Shown here piece after piece: positions 60,710-64,000 of a DNA stretch of 64,000 nt (position 1 is the first letter of the stretch; each line of letters starts with the position of its first letter). The notes under the pieces were generated by a model, which was given only the letters and a program-made list of their open reading frames with translations, did not search any database and was not told the DNA's origin. The translations under genes were made by a program, and so were the position numbers. Location: NCBI GenBank assembly GCA_950097015.1, contig CATNEN010000009.1:1550001-1614000 (forward strand), given 5' to 3'. The DNA is from Macrostomum hystrix (lineage: Eukaryota; Animalia; Platyhelminthes).

Positions 60710-62044
60710 TCACACGTCAACGCTGCACGGCCTTGGCCTCACACAGTTGTCGGGGTCGCAGGTGAAGTCGCTGGAGCAGCTGGCGCAGCTCCTTGAAGCG
60801 CCGCTGCTAGAGTACTCGTAGTCGCCACCGTCGGGATCGACGCCGCGGGACTCGCTGCCGCCCGAGCAGACGCGGCAGATGGTGCAGGTCTGGGTGCACT
60901 GCAGCCGGCTGCCCACCCGGGTGCAGCTGTGCGACGTTTGGCAGTTGGCGATCCTCTTGCACCTGAGGAATGGGTCAGGATGGATTTTGCGTCAGGATGG
61001 AGTTTGGGTCAGGATGGAGTTTGGGTCAGGATGGAGTTTGGGTCAGGATGGGGTTTGGGTCAGGATGGAGTTTTGGTCCGGATGGAGTTTGGGTCAGGAT
61101 GGAATTTGGGTCAGGTTAGCATGGGTCAGGATAGCATGGGTCAGGATAGCATGGGTCAGGATAGCATGGGTCAGGATAGCATGGGTCAGGATAGCATGGG
61201 TCAGGATAGCATGGGTCAGGATAGCATGGGTCAGGATAGCATGGGTCAGGATAGAATGAGTCAGGATGGAGTTTGGGTCAGGATGGAGTATGGGTCAGGA
61301 TGGAGTTTTGGTCGGGATGGAGTTTTGGTCAGGATGGAATTTGGGTCAGGTTAGCATGGGTCAGGATAGCATGGGTCAGGATAGCATGGGTCAGGATAGC
61401 ATGTGTCAGGATAGCATGGGTCAGGACAGCATGGGTCAGGATAGCATGGGTCAGGACAGCATGGGTCAGGATAGCATGGGTCAGGATAGCATGTGTCAGG
61501 ATAGCATGGGTCAGGATAGCATGGGTCAGGACAGCATGTGTCAGGATAGCATGGGTCAGGATAGCATGGGTCAGGATAGCATGGGTCAGGATAGCATGTG
61601 TCAGGACAGCATGGGTCAGGATAGCATGGGTCAGGACAGCATGTGTCAGGACAGCATGTGTCAGGACAGCATGTGTCAGGACAGCATGTGTCAGGATAGC
61701 ATGTGTCAGGACAGCATGGGTCAGGACAGCATGTGTCAGGATAGCATGGGTCAGGACAGCATGTGTCAGGACAGCATGTGTCAGGACAGCATGTGTCAGG
61801 ACAGCATGTGTCAGGATAGCATGTGTCAGGACAGCATGGGTCAGGACAGCATGTGTCAGGATAGCATGGGTCAGGACAGCATGGGTCAGTATAGCATGGG
61901 TCAGGATAGCATGTGTCAGGATAGCATGTGTCAGGATATATCGAACAGTTAGCAAAGCCAAGACACTCACTCTGGCTCAGCGGTCACGAAGGCCATAACG
62001 GTGATGAGGAGGCAGAGCATGGCCAGGGTCTTTGAGACGCCCAT
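60710..62044 (-). CDS. Small secreted cysteine-rich protein, 2 exons, 108 aa, 12 Cys in mature region
   Basis: Exon 1 62044-61971 (MGVSKTLAMLCLLITVMAFVTAEP, donor GA|gtgagt) and exon 2 60962-60710 (acceptor ttcctcag|G) join in phase 2. This gives E-CKRIANCQTSHSCTRVGSRLQCTQTCTICRVCSGGSESRGVDPDGGDYEYSSSGASRSCASCSSDFTCDPDNCVRPRPCSVDV*. Confidence 0.8.
60968..61938. repeat. 15-bp minisatellite (gggtcaggatagcat and variants) filling the intron of the Cys-rich gene; related copies at 60420-60570
   Basis: About 60 tandem units. Confidence 0.95.
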
Positions 62045-62562
62045 TGCTGCTGTTGTTGTTGCCAATATCGAAGGAAAATTGGCGATTGAAGTTGCTTGCA
62101 AGTTTGCCTTTCTGGAAATTTCTTTTTCTACCAAACGGGTCGCTACTCGGACAGCGCGAGACAAATTTCCTGTTTTGAGTCGGCTGAGCTCAAGAAAATA
62201 GACTCACTCGATTGTCTCAGGGCAAACCGGGTTTTATGCTGCTGCAATGTGGGCCAGCCAACCCTTTCTCAAATTGCCATTGTAGAGTTTTTCATTCTTC
62301 TGCTCAATTGGCCAGTTCTGCCATTGAGCTGGCCCAGTGTTTAGCGAGCCCCACAAGCCAGCACTCCAGCCAGCTGGTAATGGCCCAGTGTCAACTGTAG
62401 CCTAAGTGCTCATCCATATTGACATTATTCAAATAATAGTATTGTCTAGAGTAGCTTTTTGAGTTTGAGTCATGCGACAACTGGACTGGCTTGACTGAAA
62501 CTATGGGCAATGCTATTGAATAATAGATAGTAAATAATAGATAATGATAGATGCGTATGTGG

Positions 62563-63347
62563 CATGGAAGCAGAGGGAATGGAAGCAGAGGGAATGGAAG
62601 CAGAGGGAATGGAAGCAGAGGGAATGGAAGCAGAGGGAATGGAAGCAGAGGGAATGGAAGCAGAGGGAATGGAAGCAGAGGGTATGTAAGCAGAAGGCAT
62701 GGAAGCAGAGGGCATGGAAGCAGAGGGCATGGAAGCAGAGGGAATGGAAGCAGAGGGTATGGAAGCAGAAGGCATGGAAGCAGAGGGCATGGAAGCAGAG
62801 GGTATGGAAGCAGAGGGCATGGAAGCAGAGGGCATGGAAGCAGAGGGCATGGAAGCAGAGGGCATGGAAGCAGAGGGAATTGAAGCAGAGGGAATGGAAG
62901 CAGAGGGAATGGAAGCAGAGGGAATGGAAGCAGAGGGAATGGAAGCAGAGGGTATGTAAGCAGAAGGCATGGAAGCAGAGGGCATGGAAGCAGAGGGCAT
63001 GGAAGCAGAGGGAATGGAAGCAGAGGGTATGGAAGCAGAAGGCATGGAAGCAGAGGGCATGGAAGCAGAGGGTATGGAAGCAGAGGGCATGGAAGCAGAG
63101 GGCATGGAAGCAGAGGGCATGGAAGCAGAGGGCATGGAAGCAGAGGGAATTGAAGCAGAGGGCATGGAAGCAGAGGGCATGGAAGCAGAGGGCATGGAAG
63201 CAGAGGGAATTGAAGCAGAGGGCATGGAAGCAGAGGGCATCGAAGCAGAGGGCATGGAAGCAGAGGGCATGGAAGCAGAGGGCATGGAAGCAGAGGGCAT
63301 GGAAGCAGAGGGCATGGAAGCAGAGGGAATGGAAGCAGAGGGCATGG
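62563..63347. repeat. 15-bp minisatellite (g(c/a)atggaagcagagg)
   Basis: About 52 units; source of the MEAEG/WKQRA/MPSAS pseudo-ORFs. Confidence 0.95.
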
Positions 63348-63805
63348 GATTCTAAGCGGCAAAGAGATGTGAATAGATCAGAAACTCTAGCGAAAGTGCA
63401 CAGATCTGTTTGCCTGGCAGATGCAGTACGGCAATGTACTTAAATTCTATCGTCTATGTGAAGCAGATTGAGAGAGTACGGTGACACTGGTAATCATGGC
63501 TCAATGTACTCAACGCCGCTTCTAATTGCTTGGTTTCTAAGAAAACTAGCCCAACCTACCCCTGTGTGCGCATCTGTCAGGACAGAAAAAGATAGTGTAC
63601 ATTGTCACCCAGCCGCCCACCCCACCCACCCACAAAGTATACTTGCACACTGCACGCTTAAAATTGGGCTGCATCAGCTGTACTGTTGAACTATCCTGGC
63701 TCTGAACATTATTTTTGCTGTTGATGTACAGAGTATTATACGTTTAATAATATAAGTCTGTCTTTCACTTTCTGAAGCACTACAATTCATAGACACGAAA
63801 GAGAA

Positions 63806-63913
63806 ATGCGTTCGCGTGGTCCACCTCAGCAACAACCCCGGGGGCAACGTCCCCACCACCAGCAGCAGCACCAGCAGCACCAGCAAAGGTTCGATGACTA
63901 CTGGACTCAAGAG
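63806..63913 (+). CDS. Possible first coding exon of a gene continuing beyond the window
   Basis: ATG..MRSRGPPQQQPRGQRPHHQQQHQQHQQRFDDYWTQE followed by a gag|gtgaga donor; GC-rich island. No homology recognised. Confidence 0.3.
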
Positions 63914-64000
63914 GTGAGAAGTTTTGAACGAAAAGTATTTTATCTTGTCCTGTCTCTTGTCCCATTCATTGGCGTCGACCTCAGTCTTTATTATTATTAT

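Noticed and set aside
60879-63443. MGQDS, WVRIA, MEAEG, WKQRA, CPLLP and MPSAS ORFs
   Set aside because: These are translations of 15-bp minisatellites, open in most frames.

Overview
This is eukaryotic (animal) genomic DNA with GT-AG introns, GC-rich exons, AT-rich intergenic DNA and many minisatellites; the style suggests a free-living flatworm such as Macrostomum, which is an inference only. Recognisable genes are the last exon of a DDR-type receptor tyrosine kinase, a complete 10-exon GLG1 (minus strand) head-to-head with a 4-exon OSTC, and a 2-exon neurocalcin/hippocalcin-like calcium sensor. There are also an acidic repeat protein, a myristoylation/EPIYA-motif disordered scaffold, an orphan ORF and a hidden 2-exon secreted 12-Cys miniprotein. 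The most notable locus is a tandem trio of intronless paralogs at 29.7-51.9 kb with the architecture HEPN-like + TPR + SEL1 array + TPR +/- zf-MYND. Only the middle copy keeps an intact RN-x3-H HEPN nuclease motif and it lacks MYND, whereas the two flanking copies have a degenerate motif and carry MYND. The TPR and MYND modules are near-identical between copies while the rest is diverged, suggesting a candidate immune-type RNase effector/regulator system evolving by module-restricted gene conversion. Many long ORFs in the track are tandem-repeat artefacts. All alignments and splice models were made by eye.
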